From Podarcis cretensis (lineage: Eukaryota), in assembly GCA_951804945.1 (NCBI GenBank), contig OX638153.1:51088001-51152000 (forward strand): a DNA stretch of 64,000 nt, in the 5' to 3' direction. The notes beneath the pieces were generated by a model. It saw only the letters and a list, made by a program, of their open reading frames with translations. It ran no database searches and was not told the DNA's origin. The stretch's first letter is position 1; each line of letters starts with the position of its first letter. Positions 12,575 to 54,452 of this stretch are shown here, piece by piece. The position numbers and the translations under genes were made by a program.

Positions 12575-14271
12575 TACATAAATGTGCATCAGGGTAAAAA
12601 CTGAAACTGGATCTGTATCCTGGAATCAAACAATTCAAGCTTTCCTCATCCACTCTCATATAGAAACACTGTTTGTTTTATCTGTAATGGGACCAAGAAC
12701 CCAATAGTTAGCACAAACATCTTTATAACCAGTGACTGCTCACTACTTCTGGAGAACAGGCTGTATGTTCTCCTGACGGATAATAAATAACCACACATGC
12801 ATCTCCATGTGTGCACACATGCATGTACATAAACACACTCAGACACATCAGAATAGGGGTAGTTATGACATGCATAGATTCAACCAATTCAAACAAGGGC
12901 CCAACTAGCCTTTAAAATAAAAGTGCATGAAAACAAGTTATAAAAACGTTAAACAAGTTCCATTTGGGAAGGAAAATTCAATTGTTTTTACAAAAATAAA
13001 AAGGTTGCTGCTATCAATTTATGGGTTCAAGAGAACAATTATGATGCCAAGAGAAAGAGTTAAAGCGTTTCCTAAATTTGTGCCAGGTATTATGACAAAA
13101 AGGGAATGGGAAAATGTTGGTGTCTTCAAATGACATCAGCAGGGTTACATCCTGAAAACAAGAGAACTTCCTGAATATGCAGGCTATGTGCAATCAAGCT
13201 TGGATCTTGATGTTTCTAAAAGCAAACTGAACTTTAATGTTAGATATCCTGCTTGCACTAATAGATGTATCCTGTATCATTTTTATTTATTTGTTTTTAT
13301 AATTCAATCCAGCATCGTGTGAATAACTTTGGCTATCATGAATAGCTAATTACACAGTTAGCTTGAGAAAACCTTTTCCCTTATACTTTTAAACACCAAA
13401 ACTTAAGTCTGCCTCCCACTTACTTTGGGATATCATTAGAGAACCATCATCAACTTCTGTGGGACTCCAAAAGGATTTCTCTAAAATGCTACCTGCAATG
13501 CAAAAAATGTAAAAAGCTGTTCAGGCCCGCTTCCATGAAGGTTTATTTTATAACTTCTTACCCAATATCTATCTCAAAATTTTCTTCTCGAGAAGAAAAT
13601 TCTGAGCCTTATCTCACGTGTAGTTTAGTTAGTTGTATTTGTGAGTCAAATTCAGTAACTTTGGTGCAAAAACATTTAAAAAATCAATGTGCTATTATTC
13701 AACTAGGGAGGCAAATATATTGATCACAGAGTACGGATGAATATGCTCTGTCAGGCAGCTCCTTGGCCATATCTCATTTATAATAAAGGCAGCTCAAAAT
13801 TTTGCTCCACAGTTTTTCCACCATAGAGGCCTGCCAATATAACTAAATTATCCCACTCTCCAACACTTGGCCTTCATGCTCAGCAAGTTTCTGTATCATT
13901 AGAACTTCTTGTGGTACAAACCAGAGTTTACATCACTGGAGGAAAATTCAAACACATTTACATCAACCCTGACAATATCTGAAGCAGACAGCAATTGTGT
14001 TAAAAGGTTATGAGCCTGAAAAAATTACACTGAATACCCAAGAATGAGATTAATGGAAGAACTGTTTAGGAACCAAATTATGTGTTGTTAATACCATAGC
14101 ATTATGTCAATTAACGGCAAATGGGTGAGAAAGGGCACTCCCACCCCATATCTGCCTCTCCTTGTTTTCTACTGAGAACAAAAAGATTATAGAAAAACTA
14201 TATTAAATCCAGGGTAGACAACATGTTTGTTTGGAGTTTTCAGCCTATGAAGAACTTGCAGAGATGTGTCA

Positions 14272-14321
<50 letters not shown>
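14272..14321. repeat. (AAAG)n(AG)n microsatellite inside the probable FHIP2A 3'UTR
   Basis: Direct tandem repeat. Confidence 0.95.
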
Positions 14322-14322
<1 letters not shown>

Positions 14323-15404
14323 CCACTGGCAGAATGTGGTGGTTCAACTGCTCCTTCCTCTTACTCGTCTTCTAGCTCAGATTGTCTGGAAAGGGAATCT
14401 ATTTTATGACTATGGCAAAATGAAGGGATCTTGTTTTCTCCTTGGCTTATAATGGATCCCTGTTGCAAACAGTAAGATCACAAAACTGAAGCTTAAGCAT
14501 GCAACAACCTGCAGAGAATTTCAGCCTATATGCATTATGACAATTGGTATCAGACCCAGCTGTCCCTTGGCTTGGACACTTCAGTCATTCAAATTAGCCA
14601 AGTAATAACATATCTGAAAAGCACAAAACAATGATACTGCTAATCATCAAGGCACAGGATACTCTTCAGCCAACTAATCATAAAAAAGAATCTTAAAAGC
14701 CCTATAAAGTGACCTGTAATACTAGCATTTTTGTAAACAGGCATTTGGATCAAATAATCCAGGGCTCCAATACAAAATAGAAGGCAAATAAAGCTATGCG
14801 GCATAACAAAGGAGAATAAGCAAGGAATCAAGGAAAACCAATACTTCAGTATACTTGTGGTCACCTCTTTTTTGTGTAACAAAATAATAATAATCAGTGA
14901 TCAACTGGAACAACACAATGAACAGGACTCAACATGAAAGATACACAAAGAAAAATCATTTGTTTAGCTGTGTGTGCACTTACAACTTCTTATTTAAATA
15001 CTTTACAATGCTTTAATCACTTACTGGTTTTCATTTAAATGGATAAAACACACCTCAGCTATGAAACAAATGTATTTTTTTAAAAGCCTAGGAACCCTAA
15101 AGTATATAAAAACTCCTACCTCCTAGAAGGTTATTAAAATAAGAAAACCTTTAAACTTAAGTCTTCATGTGTGCAGCTCTTTGAGCTTGTTGTGATCTGT
15201 GATATCCCATTGATTGCGTTGTAGGTTGAACATCCATTTTCCTCTCCCATATGGTCACTACCAATGAATTTAGTATTTCAATTTGAAGGTGTCCCATATG
15301 AGTCCTCCAAATGAATGCCAAGGCTTTGCTTTCTGTTCTCCTGCCTGGGAAGTTAGCAGTCTTTTCTGCTTGAATCTCGTAGCCAGGATGCTCGGAGCAG
15401 CTTT

Positions 15405-44137
<28,733 letters not shown>

Positions 44138-45519
44138 CCTGTCCCTGGACTGGAGCAGCCTCTGCCGGGAGGATCGCGAGAGCTCCTCGATCCGCCGCCG
44201 CCGCCGCTCCAGGGTGAGGACTGCATGCGGGGGGCCTGGCCGCGGCGATCGGGTCGTCTACCGAAGCGAAGCGGGCCGGCTGCTTCTCTCCGCTTCTCTT
44301 CCCGCTCCCTCGCCTCAGGAGACACCGTGGCGAGGACGGAGAACGACACCCACCGGGGCCGCCCGGAAGCCGAGCGCCTGCCTCTGCTGGCGCCGCCGCC
44401 GCTACTCCCTCTCCTGCCGCCGCCGCTGCTCGGCCTACAGGGGCCGCTGCCTGAGGAGCTGCCTGCGCGTGTCCTTCGGTCTGGCAGTCAGTCAGTCAGG
44501 CCTCTGCCGCCGTGTCGGGGGAGGTAGGGGGCGGGGCGGGAAGCATCCGGCCCCGGGGAGGGAAAAAACAACGGAGAGCGGCCCGAAAGGATAGAGGCGG
44601 GCTGAGGAGAAGGGAAGCGAGAAAGAGGAGGGCGAGATTACGAAACTCGCTCTTTGGCCTTTGCCGTGACCAACCGAAAGGCCACGAAATAGTGAGCAAG
44701 TTTTCGAGTTCCTCAGAATTCCTCGCGACGCCGCCTGTCAGACGGGCAGAAGAGAGGAGGCGGCGCAGGGTCAGGTTTCCTCAGGGTCGTGCCCGTGACA
44801 CTTTGCTGCCTGCCAGCTCTGCCATGTAAGGCCCAGCCACGAAGCAAAGAGCCAGGGCCCACCCTGCCGCCTCTGGGATCTGGTGCTGAAGGGTGGTGTG
44901 AGGTGCTGAAAGTCGGCCTGCACAGGTTAAGCCAACCTCTGTCCTCCAGTGTAGTGGAGGAGGCTGCCTCCTCATCACCAGTACACTGAAGTAAGAGTCA
45001 GCCGCCAGTTTGGCCGGCTTCTGTATGTGCGACAGGAACCGCCTCAGTGACAATTATTATGTTGGCTATGCAATAAACTTCATTTATTTAGAGTACTACT
45101 AGCTGACTTTATAGCCCCAAGAGAATCTCAACAATTATCACAAGAAGCACGGCGAGGGATTATGGAAACCGCAGTTCTGCAACTTCTGGAGTCCTGCAGG
45201 TTAGCCATCCTTGTTATAAAGAGTTGTAACCACTTGCACTGAACCCTGGTACTGGCATCAGAAATAGGTATGGTATTCTTATGGTGCCAGGATTATTCAA
45301 GTGCCATTTCCTGCCCTTTTTCTTTGCCTTCTCTGATGTTGCCCTTTAGCCTCCACCTATGAGGGGCTGGGGCTGAGCAGTTGGAACTCAGTCAGCCCAT
45401 GATGGAGGCAATCCTTCCTTTGCTTGATGGTGATGACTGTAGTTGTCACTTTAGAGACATGACAGTGTCAAGAAATGAGTGACTATGTATATGATTAGTT
45501 GCTTTTTTTATTAATTATT

Positions 45520-45715
45520 GTAATTATGTCCGGTCTGTCATTAAAGGAGCTGAAGGTGGTGTACATAGTTTTCTTCCCTCCATCTTATTTTCACAACAGC
45601 CCTATGAGGTAGGTTAGACTGAGAGTTAGTGACTGGCCGGCTTCATGGCTGAGTGGGAATTTGAACCCTGGTCTCCAAGGTCCTAATCCAACACTAACCA
45701 CTACACCACACTGGC
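45520..45715 (-). mobile_element. MIR/CORE-type SINE
   Basis: CACAACAGCCCTATGAGGTAGG...GAATTTGAACCCTGGTCTCC...AACCACTACACCACACTGGC. Confidence 0.75.
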
Positions 45716-46749
45716 AATATTACAATATAATTGAAATACTTAATCTTTGCTCAGTTTTGCACTTCCAGGTGGATAAGAAAGAATCAAAGCACGCTTAGTG
45801 AACTCCTTTCAAGAACCAGCTACCCACTGAATTCCTTTCAAGAAACAACTACCCACTCTGAATTTAAAAGGCAAAGTGCCAGAGAAACACTCAACTTTCA
45901 GTTTTGCATTTGCTACACTGCAGTTTTCTAAGTGTATTAGTGTGATTGCTGTGTCAAAGAAGATTTATTTGCCATTCAAGCTTCCATAGCTCACAAAGTG
46001 TAGGTAATGGAAAAAAAATCTTCAACATGGGGGTTGTGTCCATAGGATGTCCCTGAGGAAGAATTATCCTAGGATTTCCCAAAAGGGGAGTCTGCCATTG
46101 AGGACTGGAAAACAAACCAGTGAGGGAAGGAAGTGAGCTAAATTTGGTTCCAAATGTTGCCTTAGTCAAAATTGTGACCAGGTGATGCTGTCACATAGGT
46201 CAGATATGGATAACCTGTGGCCCTCCGTATATTGTCCTCCATTTCCCAGCAGCCCCAGCTTGCTTGGTCAATGGACAAGGATTACTCCAACAGCTATCTC
46301 CGAAGTAGGTGGTGCTGCATTGGTAATGTGGAGGGTAGGGAAGGTACACTTGGGAACTTATAAAGCTGGAGACTACCTCACATTGCATAGGGGAAATCCA
46401 GATCCTTCAGTCAAGATGTACATTCCAGGGTTGGAAAAGGAGAGAAGTAAAAGGCCTGTCATGACTGCATTACCATAGCAAGAGAACACTGCCATTTTTC
46501 AAACATTATTGATTTTGCTCCCCTCATCTTTAGTGTGAACATTTATTTGTGTTTATATTCCCAAGGTCTCAGGGGGACAAATCAGTGTTTTGTATTATAT
46601 AAAAATGTCGTTTAAAAAATCACACTAGAAACACACTGAAGACAGGGATATTCATTGGCCCATCGTTGTCACTAGAGGCACAATTTGCCACTCTGTCTCA
46701 GAAACCTTCTTCCAGCCTAGGTATACCAGTTCTTACTTGGGGAGCAATA

Positions 46750-47470
46750 GTCTTATTTCAGTGATAGGTGTCCTGATAGTCTCCCATTTAGATTACTGTA
46801 ACACTTTTTTATGAGGGTACCTTTAAAAATGGCCCAGAAACTTTGGTTGGTACAAAATATGACTGCAATATTGCTAACTTAGATGGGCTGTTGCACTATT
46901 TTCTTTGTTAATGGCTTTTACTCTGTTTCGAGGTCCAATTCAAAGGACTGGTGTTGATTTTTAAGGCCTTTTACCGCATTGGTCCTTTGTACCTGAATGA
47001 TTGTCTTTCCTAAATGTGACTTCTCGGATGCTATTAACTTGATCTAAGGTCCTTCTTTGAATGTCCTGTCAAGTGAGGTACAATAGGTGATTATGTGACA
47101 GAAAGGGCCTTCTCAGTAGTGTTGCTAACACCCTCAACAGAGAGATCGCTGCAATTCTGATATCTTACCTTCCATTGAAAACATTTTTGTTTTGCCAAGG
47201 ATTTTTATAGAATTTGATTCATTTGGTCATTTGTCCTGTGTTTTATGATCTTATAATTTTAGGCTTTAATTATTTACGGTAATTGTATGGTGGTTTTAAA
47301 ATATTATTTCCAAATAAGCAAATATGTTAGCTGTAGGGTCCCCCCTTTAAATGTTTTGATTCTATCTAGTGTTTAAATTCTGAGTTGTGTTTTCTTTTCC
47401 TTTTTTTAAAGTTATTTAATCCTGTAATCCACCCAGACAACATTTTGTTAGCAGGTGGCATATGAAGCAC
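46750..47470 (+). mobile_element. Old degenerate L2 LINE
   Basis: Residual frame QFKGLVLIFKAFYRIGPLYLNDCL and AGGGCCTTCTCAGTAGT, with stops. Confidence 0.65.
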
Positions 47471-48265
47471 AAATTCTACACCAGCCAACCAACTAGTCAA
47501 AAGAATAATAATTTTCAATCCTGAAAACTAGATTGTGAAGGGGAATGAATGGCATGATGTGAGATAAACACTGGAGAAGCAGATGATCATTTGCTTCAGT
47601 CATTTGCTCTGAATGCCCCTTAGTGTGGCACACTTAATTCCCTCCTACTCTCTGTTTATGCTTTATTGTCGCAGGGATTAGTTAATCTGTACAGATCTGA
47701 TATGTGGAGGGGGATACTGCCTTGGGATGTGGGGGTTGTATATAACTTTTTGTTCTTTCACTCTTAGGATTCAATTATTCCCTAAATGCTGGGAAGCAGA
47801 GACCCTGAGGCCAGTGTTCATTGTCACACTTCATCATTCTGTGGAGTGCACCTGCAACTCACTCTTGTGATGAAAAGCATCATATCCGCAGGACTCATTG
47901 CCGGACTTGTCCAAGGATGTGGCTCAGCATGCCCATCTAATGAACAAGAAAAGCATAAATCCTTCCAATATTGCACTTTTAATCATGGGAGTGACTTTTG
48001 GGTGCAATCCTCAGAATGAAAATGGTATTTTGAGAAGAAGCCTTGAATATGAAGGCTATATAGGGACCAGAACTGAACCATTGAGCACAATATTATTATT
48101 AAACTGTTGCTGCCACTCCTCCCAGTCCACTCTGCAAACTATAAAACAGAACACTCTGGAGTGCAATACTAGTCATCAGGTACTATCCGTGTAAAATACT
48201 TTTGCCAAAATTCTGGGTATAGCACTGTCTACTAGTTTGCAGTAATATGCTATACTGTACTATAC

Positions 48266-48532
48266 TGCGGGACTTGACATCTTTCCGCAGGGCCTGCAAG
48301 TTCTGCCTGGTCTTGGTTTGGACATAGTCTGATCCTTATGTTTCCCTCCCCTTATGGTTTTGATTTATGGGCTACTATTAAAATGAGGCTGCATTTTAAA
48401 TTGTATTTTAACCCGTATTTTAATTAACTGTCCCCCCCACTTTATGTTTTACTGTAATTTTATTGGTGTTAGCCGCCCTGAGCCCAGTTCTGGCCGGGGA
48501 GGGTGGGGTATAAATAAAAAGTTATTATTATT
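48266..48532 (+). mobile_element. L2-type LINE 3' end (different subfamily)
   Basis: AT-rich 3'UTR then GTTAGCCGCCCTGAGCCC...GGGAGGGTGGGGTATAAATAAAAAGTTATTATTA. Confidence 0.65.
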
Positions 48533-49665
48533 TTATGTTACTGTATTGAAATTAGCTATAACCTGTTACATATAACCCACTTTTATAGAGGTGGATTCAT
48601 AAGTGTCCTGTTTATGTCTCTCTATTCTTCTGCTCATATCCCATCTCCAAACAGACTGACACTTGGGTGTCTGAATACAAAACAAAATTGGATTTGTAAA
48701 CTTTTTCTGCTTGGATAAAATTAGCATTCTTAGATTTTGTACTTGCTTCTGAAATGGAAAATGGAACTCTAGTCACCAGACTTCTGTGACATCACAGCAA
48801 CTCAGGCAATGTGCAAGGAATACTTTCAGACCAACAATCTGTTAGGATTTGTCCATTTTTATTGCTGTTCTTTGTTTAACTTTTCCAAAAATATTTTCTG
48901 CCAAATCTCAATTTGTGCAGTTCTCACATTCATGTCTCTTTTATGATGGCAATCAAGGTGGGTAGCCATAATGTGACAAAGAAAAGCAATAAATCAAAGG
49001 TAAAATTAAGGAAGACCTTTTAACCAAAGGTTAAGAACAGCAGCAAACTAATATTATTTATCATTTTTGTTTTCTGGTAGCTTACCTTACAACAGCATCC
49101 ACATTAAATGAGAATATTGGAAATAGTAGATGGATTTCCACCAGAAGAGGGCATCAAACCATAAGATACAGGAATAATTTTATGGTTAATTTCAAGTGCT
49201 TATTAAATTAGACCATCATTTGTAGTAGTGCCAGTTTGACATTTTTCTTTCTGTAAATTGCGTAGGTAGTCCCATAAAATGAAAACAAAGTACATGCCCA
49301 AAAGAACAACCAGAAATGAAGGAGAATACACTGCCAAAAATTAATGTAGTGGTGTGGCTGACTAGTCTGTTAACAGGCCTCAAATTGCTCATCAGAGGCA
49401 AAAGTATAAAGGAGCTTATTTTAGTTCTCATGGAAACACATCCTTAAATTTTAGACGCCATAGTTAAGGCAGGAACAATGGATAACATATCAATACATTT
49501 AGAAACAAATTAGCATTGTATGTTAAATGCTCAGTTGGCTGCAAATGGCAATCTAGCTGACACTTGAGGTGTATATATTTAGGAACCACCTTATTTCTGT
49601 AAGTTTTTAATATTGTGTTTTAATGTTGTAGCCTGCCCAGAGTCTTTGGGGTGAGGGGTGGGTGA

Positions 49666-49669
49666 ACAA

Positions 49670-49708
<39 letters not shown>

Positions 49709-49750
49709 CAACACCACAAACACCACCACCACCACAATAGCAGCCGCAGC
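49666..49750. repeat. Compound (CAA)(CAG)n(CAA)(CAC) microsatellite, probably a LINE tail
   Basis: Follows TGTAGCCTGCCCAGAGTCTTTGGGGTGAGGGGTGG, an L2-like end. Confidence 0.85.
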
Positions 49751-52749
49751 AGGTTTCCTCTAGTGGTGAGATTATAAAAGATGTGCACTTGTAGGCAGAA
49801 GAAACATCAATTCTTTGCAACGTGAAGCAATCTAATTAAGAGGAACGTCAATGACTTATGGGGGGAAACCCTTTATGTGCCCAGCAGATGGCAGCATATT
49901 CACACTTTTTAAAGTGGGCTCCAACTAACCTCCCTAATTGGCTTAATACCTGTATGTACCTGTCTTGAGACAGCAATAGAGGACATTTTGGAGGAAGTAA
50001 TAGAGAATATATTTAGGCTTATTGTTAAGTCATCATTTAGTATAATACAAGGTTTTGTAAGTCCAAACACACAACTAACAGACTACATAAAAAAGGGAAG
50101 TAACCTCAAGGACTCACTAAAGAACAGTCTTAGCTCCAACCCATAATAATGGGAGACAATATTTAACTGGCATTATCAGTTGCTACACTCATGATTGTGC
50201 AAATTGCCCACTGGACATGTCCTAGTCAACCCCACATGTAACTTCTTTCCAACCCATAAAATACCTGGAGAAGTTAGCTATGTCTAATTCTTCTAATGAT
50301 CAGCAGTTGCTATTTTTTAATGAATAAACAGTTAATGCTGCAGGCAGAAGTGTCAACATGCCTTTCAAGAGCATCGCTGTACCTAAGGTAAAGGTGTAAA
50401 ACACCCACCTCCAATGCCACAATCCCTTTGCTAGCAATTTAGTATAAAATAAATAAAAATCATCCACACAAGGGCTAAAGACATGAATAATATTACATCT
50501 AGTTTGCCCCTTGGTCATTTATAAATAAAGGGTACTACATGCACAACAAGAGTTCTACAGCTCCCGAGTCAAAACCTCCCTCCACCTTGATGAAGAGTCA
50601 CTGATAAGCTGTGGACCAGATGCTATTGGACTAGAGTTGCCAGACACCTCAGGGCGGACCTGAGGTCTCCAGGGTTTCCCGATAACTCCCATGTACAGTA
50701 GCAGAGGGAGGGCTTGAAGACAATTATGCATGCAGCTTGCAATCTTTGGCCTTGCAGGAGCCAATTGCAAATTATTACAAATACTTGGGGGGGGCATGGG
50801 GAGTCTGCCCTCATCTCCAAATTAACCCCCATTGCTCAGTGGTGGGAGGAAGTGCAGAGGAAGAAAAAGAGCTGGGCTTAAGAGGAGGAGCATTTATGAG
50901 TGCACATAGGCAACTGGAGGGAGGTGTGGGGCTGCAGAAGTGAGCGGAGTGAAGAGCAGCAGTAGGAGCCAATTTCTGCTGCTTCCACTTGGGAAATGAC
51001 AGAGCCCAGAGAAAATGTTCCAAGTCTCATGCATAATTCTCTCTCTCTCACACACACACACACATATTAAAGGGGTTTATCCCAGTTATGCAATTGCCAG
51101 ATGGCAGCAAGCGAGAAGAGCTTGGGATTTGTCCCCTTTCAAAAATGCTGGCTATTTGCAAGGGAATGCTAAGCAACCTTTTCCCCTTTAAAACCCCCTC
51201 AATCCTCCATCCTTATTTGTTTTTCCTCCTGTCTGTAGCCTGTCGTTATTAGCAAACTTTTGTTAGTATTGGACTAAAGATGTAATTTCTGAAGATTAAA
51301 AAGAAAACCAGTTAGTATCAAAATGATTAAAGAAGATATATTCAAGCTTCCCCCCTGCCCTGGTAGTATTAAATAATGCAGCCTTACCAGACAGAGGGAG
51401 AATAAGAATAATTCCCCACATTCCTGGAAGTGCCACCAACTGGCTGTGCAGGTGACCTCTGTGTCCATCTGGTGGTGCTTCCCTGTAACATTGGAAATCA
51501 AATACAATTGTTGCCTGTGGTTAACCAAATGGAGAATGAAGGCACAGATGGTTAGAAAAGGCAACCATATGCTTCATGAAAAGTAATGGCAATTAAGAGA
51601 AATGAGGACTTTCCCACTACAGAACTAGTATGATATTCATTCATCTTCAAAATTAAAAAGTTGTGTCTATTTGTAGTGGCTGTCTCAATGAGGAGTACGA
51701 TTGCTTTCTGGCAACATTCATTCTGATTTGTCTACGGGGAGGCTAGATGTTGTGTCTTACAAAAGTTGAAGCTCTGCTGCTCATGCTGGCCAAGGTGGGA
51801 AGTGGGGAGTGTAGTTTCACCCTCCAAATTTTGCTGTGTTCGCTGCATGCTGGCACAGTAGAGAGGCCTGGATCAGGCCCATTGCTGGTAGCTTGACCAA
51901 CTTAGGATACAGTGAAACCTTGGCCAGCCCAGTTCAACTGCTTCTCCCCTGGCCATAGAAATGTCATCTGAGCCAGGTGGAAGGAAACTTCCACTGCAAC
52001 CACCCTCTAGTGTGGTGAATTGGGGGTTTGATTGTTCTGTTGATATTCCCACCCTCCTGTAATAATGCAATGATTTGCCCTTCTTTCCCAGATAAGCCCT
52101 TAGACAAGCATGCCAATACCAAGTATAATACTGTTGTTCTATCTGCATGACACTTTGCAGCAGTCCAAAAGGACTTGTTCCTGCTTTCGCTCGTGCATTC
52201 TGCTTCTGGATGCAACCACTTCGGAATACAACAATCCTTGGCTTGAATGAGATAAAAGAAAGTGAGAAGGACACCATGTATGCTCTGTTAAATGCTCTGA
52301 GAAGATTCACTAAATCCAGTTCCACTGTAATTGTGACTGCAAGCTAATATAGCTATAAATAATATGTAATTAGCAGTAAAATTGTATTTACAGTTGTAAG
52401 TAGAAATCAGGGGTGCTCCAAGATTCTTGGCTATCTTAAGGCAAAAGCCCGATGGATTGGCAGTTGAATCATATTTCAACACTAGTGATGGGACAGTGCC
52501 TTCCACTACACCTGAGGGCAGTAGGCTAGCTTAGGGAGCACAATGCAGGACACATGACACACTTGGTGCCTTCCAACACTTTGCTACTGTTCCTCAGCTC
52601 CCAGCACCTGCCACATGAGGTGACCACCTCAGTCTGCCTAGTTTTGACCAGCCCAGATAGCTGTAGTTGATTTGACATCTCAGGAAATGCAGCTGAAATA
52701 CTGTTGGGCTTGCTCTCCTCCAAACTAGGACATTATAACTTCTTAACTA

Positions 52750-52960
52750 CAGTGGTACCTCAGTTTTTGAATGTCCTGGAAGCCAAACATTTCAGTTTTC
52801 GAATACCGAAAACCCAGAAGTAAATGCTTCGAACATGCCTCGGAAGTCAAATGGCTTCCACTGTGTATACATGTTATTTTTTTCAGTTTCCTGCAGACCG
52901 CCCTTTGCACCTTGGTTTTCGAACGTTTCAACGTTGAACGGTCTTCCGGAACGGATTACA
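52750..52960. mobile_element. Truncated Tc1/mariner MITE (left TIR only)
   Basis: TA|CAGTGGTACCTCAG; CCGGAACGGATTA subterminal motif; right TIR missing. Confidence 0.7.
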
Positions 52961-53370
52961 TTCTACTTGGTTAGTTCATATTAGTGAGTTACTTTTCTGT
53001 TTAAAGCCTAGCGCTCTCTGCTCTCAGTCTAATGAAAATGTAAAATTTACAACCTAAGTAGATTTTAAAGAGTATCCACGGGCAGCATTGTTGCTTTCTA
53101 ATCCTTGTCAGTGAACCATCCCAGTGATAAGTACTTTACAAAAGCGGATTGATAGATGAGATATATTGACATTGTCTCATGCCAATAGACCTCTTTCAAG
53201 GTCAGGAATCAGAGCTCAGATTACTGATGTGGGCCAGAGGGGGCTTTACCTTCTGTGATTAGCATCATGTGATTATGCTTTTAAAGCCTATGTGTGGCAT
53301 GATTTGGATAAAATGGGGTAAGGAATCAGGATGGGACTTCTTGGATTTTATCGTCGCCTATCTTTGCTGC

Positions 53371-53514
53371 CATAGAAATGTAGAAACATAGAGTTGGAAG
53401 GGACCACAAAGATCTTCTAGTCCAACCCCGTGCAATGCAGGAATATTTCACCCAACATGGGGCTCAAACCCACAACCCTGAGATTAAGAATCTCATGCTC
53501 TACCGACTGAGCTA
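53371..53514 (-). mobile_element. tRNA-Lys(CTT)-derived SINE with CR1-type tail
   Basis: Minus strand TAGCTCAGTCGGTAGAGCATGAGATTCTTAATCTCAGGGTTGTGGGTTTGAGCCCCATGTTGGGTG, then CCTGCATTGCA...CCCTTCCAACTCTATG. Confidence 0.85.
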
Positions 53515-53912
53515 ATTCAAGCATTGGCAGGAATAAAATATTTAGTAATATAGTTGCCATTGCCCAAGACAGGCTTTGAACTTAGCCCTGCAAGCTCTGT
53601 TCCTAAGGCTGGAGAAGCCACGTTTTGGTTTGTTTATTTGTACACTACGTATAGCATTTAGGGTGGATAGAGTCAGAACCTTAACATTCTTTGTAGTTAA
53701 ACACTTTTCAATAAGCACTAAATTAATTGCCTTGTGTGTAATTTTTGTTAGTGAATATTTTTTCACCCTGTTTATGTGGTACTACAATGCTTTCCTATTT
53801 TTCAGTACATTTTGGAATGCTATTTCATGGAAGCAAAATCCAAATTATTATGAGACTTGTATGCAGTGCTTCTGAGATACTGTATTTCACCAAACAGCTC
53901 TATGAGGTAAGC

Positions 53913-54452
53913 TGTCAGCATCACCCTTGAGCCAGTGTACTAACTGGACTCATGCACCTCAACCCCGACTGGGCTAGGCGAGCTGGGTAGCACTGCCAGA
54001 GACCTCCTTTCTCACAGGAACAGGTCACAGTGCTGTGAACTCACAGCTTAGAGCTGACAGCACCGGATTCGCTTCCACAATAATACAGTCGTTGCGCAGC
54101 AGCGTTTTGCAGAGTCTTGCAGAGTATAAACCACTCGGAGAGCAGCTCTGTAGAGTATCCTCCTTTTATTCTATAACTACAGCTATAATACAAAACTATA
54201 TACAGAGCTAAATATTCTGAGCATAAATCAATGCTACTTTGAGTGCCTGCAGCTGCACTTAGCAGCAACCTTATCTCTAAACACGATCTCTAGCACTCAC
54301 TCTCTCTCCGATACACTGACTGACTCTCTCTCACAGACATGTGGTGCTGGGCAGAATAAGTAGATAGCAGGACACGCCTCCTCCTCTCTGGAGAGTCAGC
54401 AGAGACCTCAGGAGATTCTTGGATATGGGAGGGGTGAAATCTCCTCATGACA
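53913..54452 (-). mobile_element. Probable solo LTR (540 bp) within a MIR-like fragment
   Basis: TGTCA...TGACA termini, minus-strand AATAAA near 54165; flanks rejoin as CTATGAGGTAAGC / ATTTTACAGATAGGAA; no clear TSD. Confidence 0.55.

Larger units (their letters stand above)
12550..15404 (-). other. FHIP2A: Probable FHIP2A 3'UTR (distal end uncertain)
   Basis: AT-rich, transposon-poor stretch after the stop; minus-strand AATAAA at 13542-13547 and 12569-12574. Confidence 0.5.

Noticed and set aside
49666-49750. (CAG)n as a polyglutamine exon
   Set aside because: Intergenic, sits at the end of an L2-like terminus, no splice context
51873-52325. 150-aa minus-strand ORF
   Set aside because: Non-ATG start, no recognisable domain and no convincing splice signals
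53449-53514. Possible tRNA-Lys gene
   Set aside because: Acceptor stem incomplete, T-loop mutated and fused to a CR1 tail, so treated as a SINE
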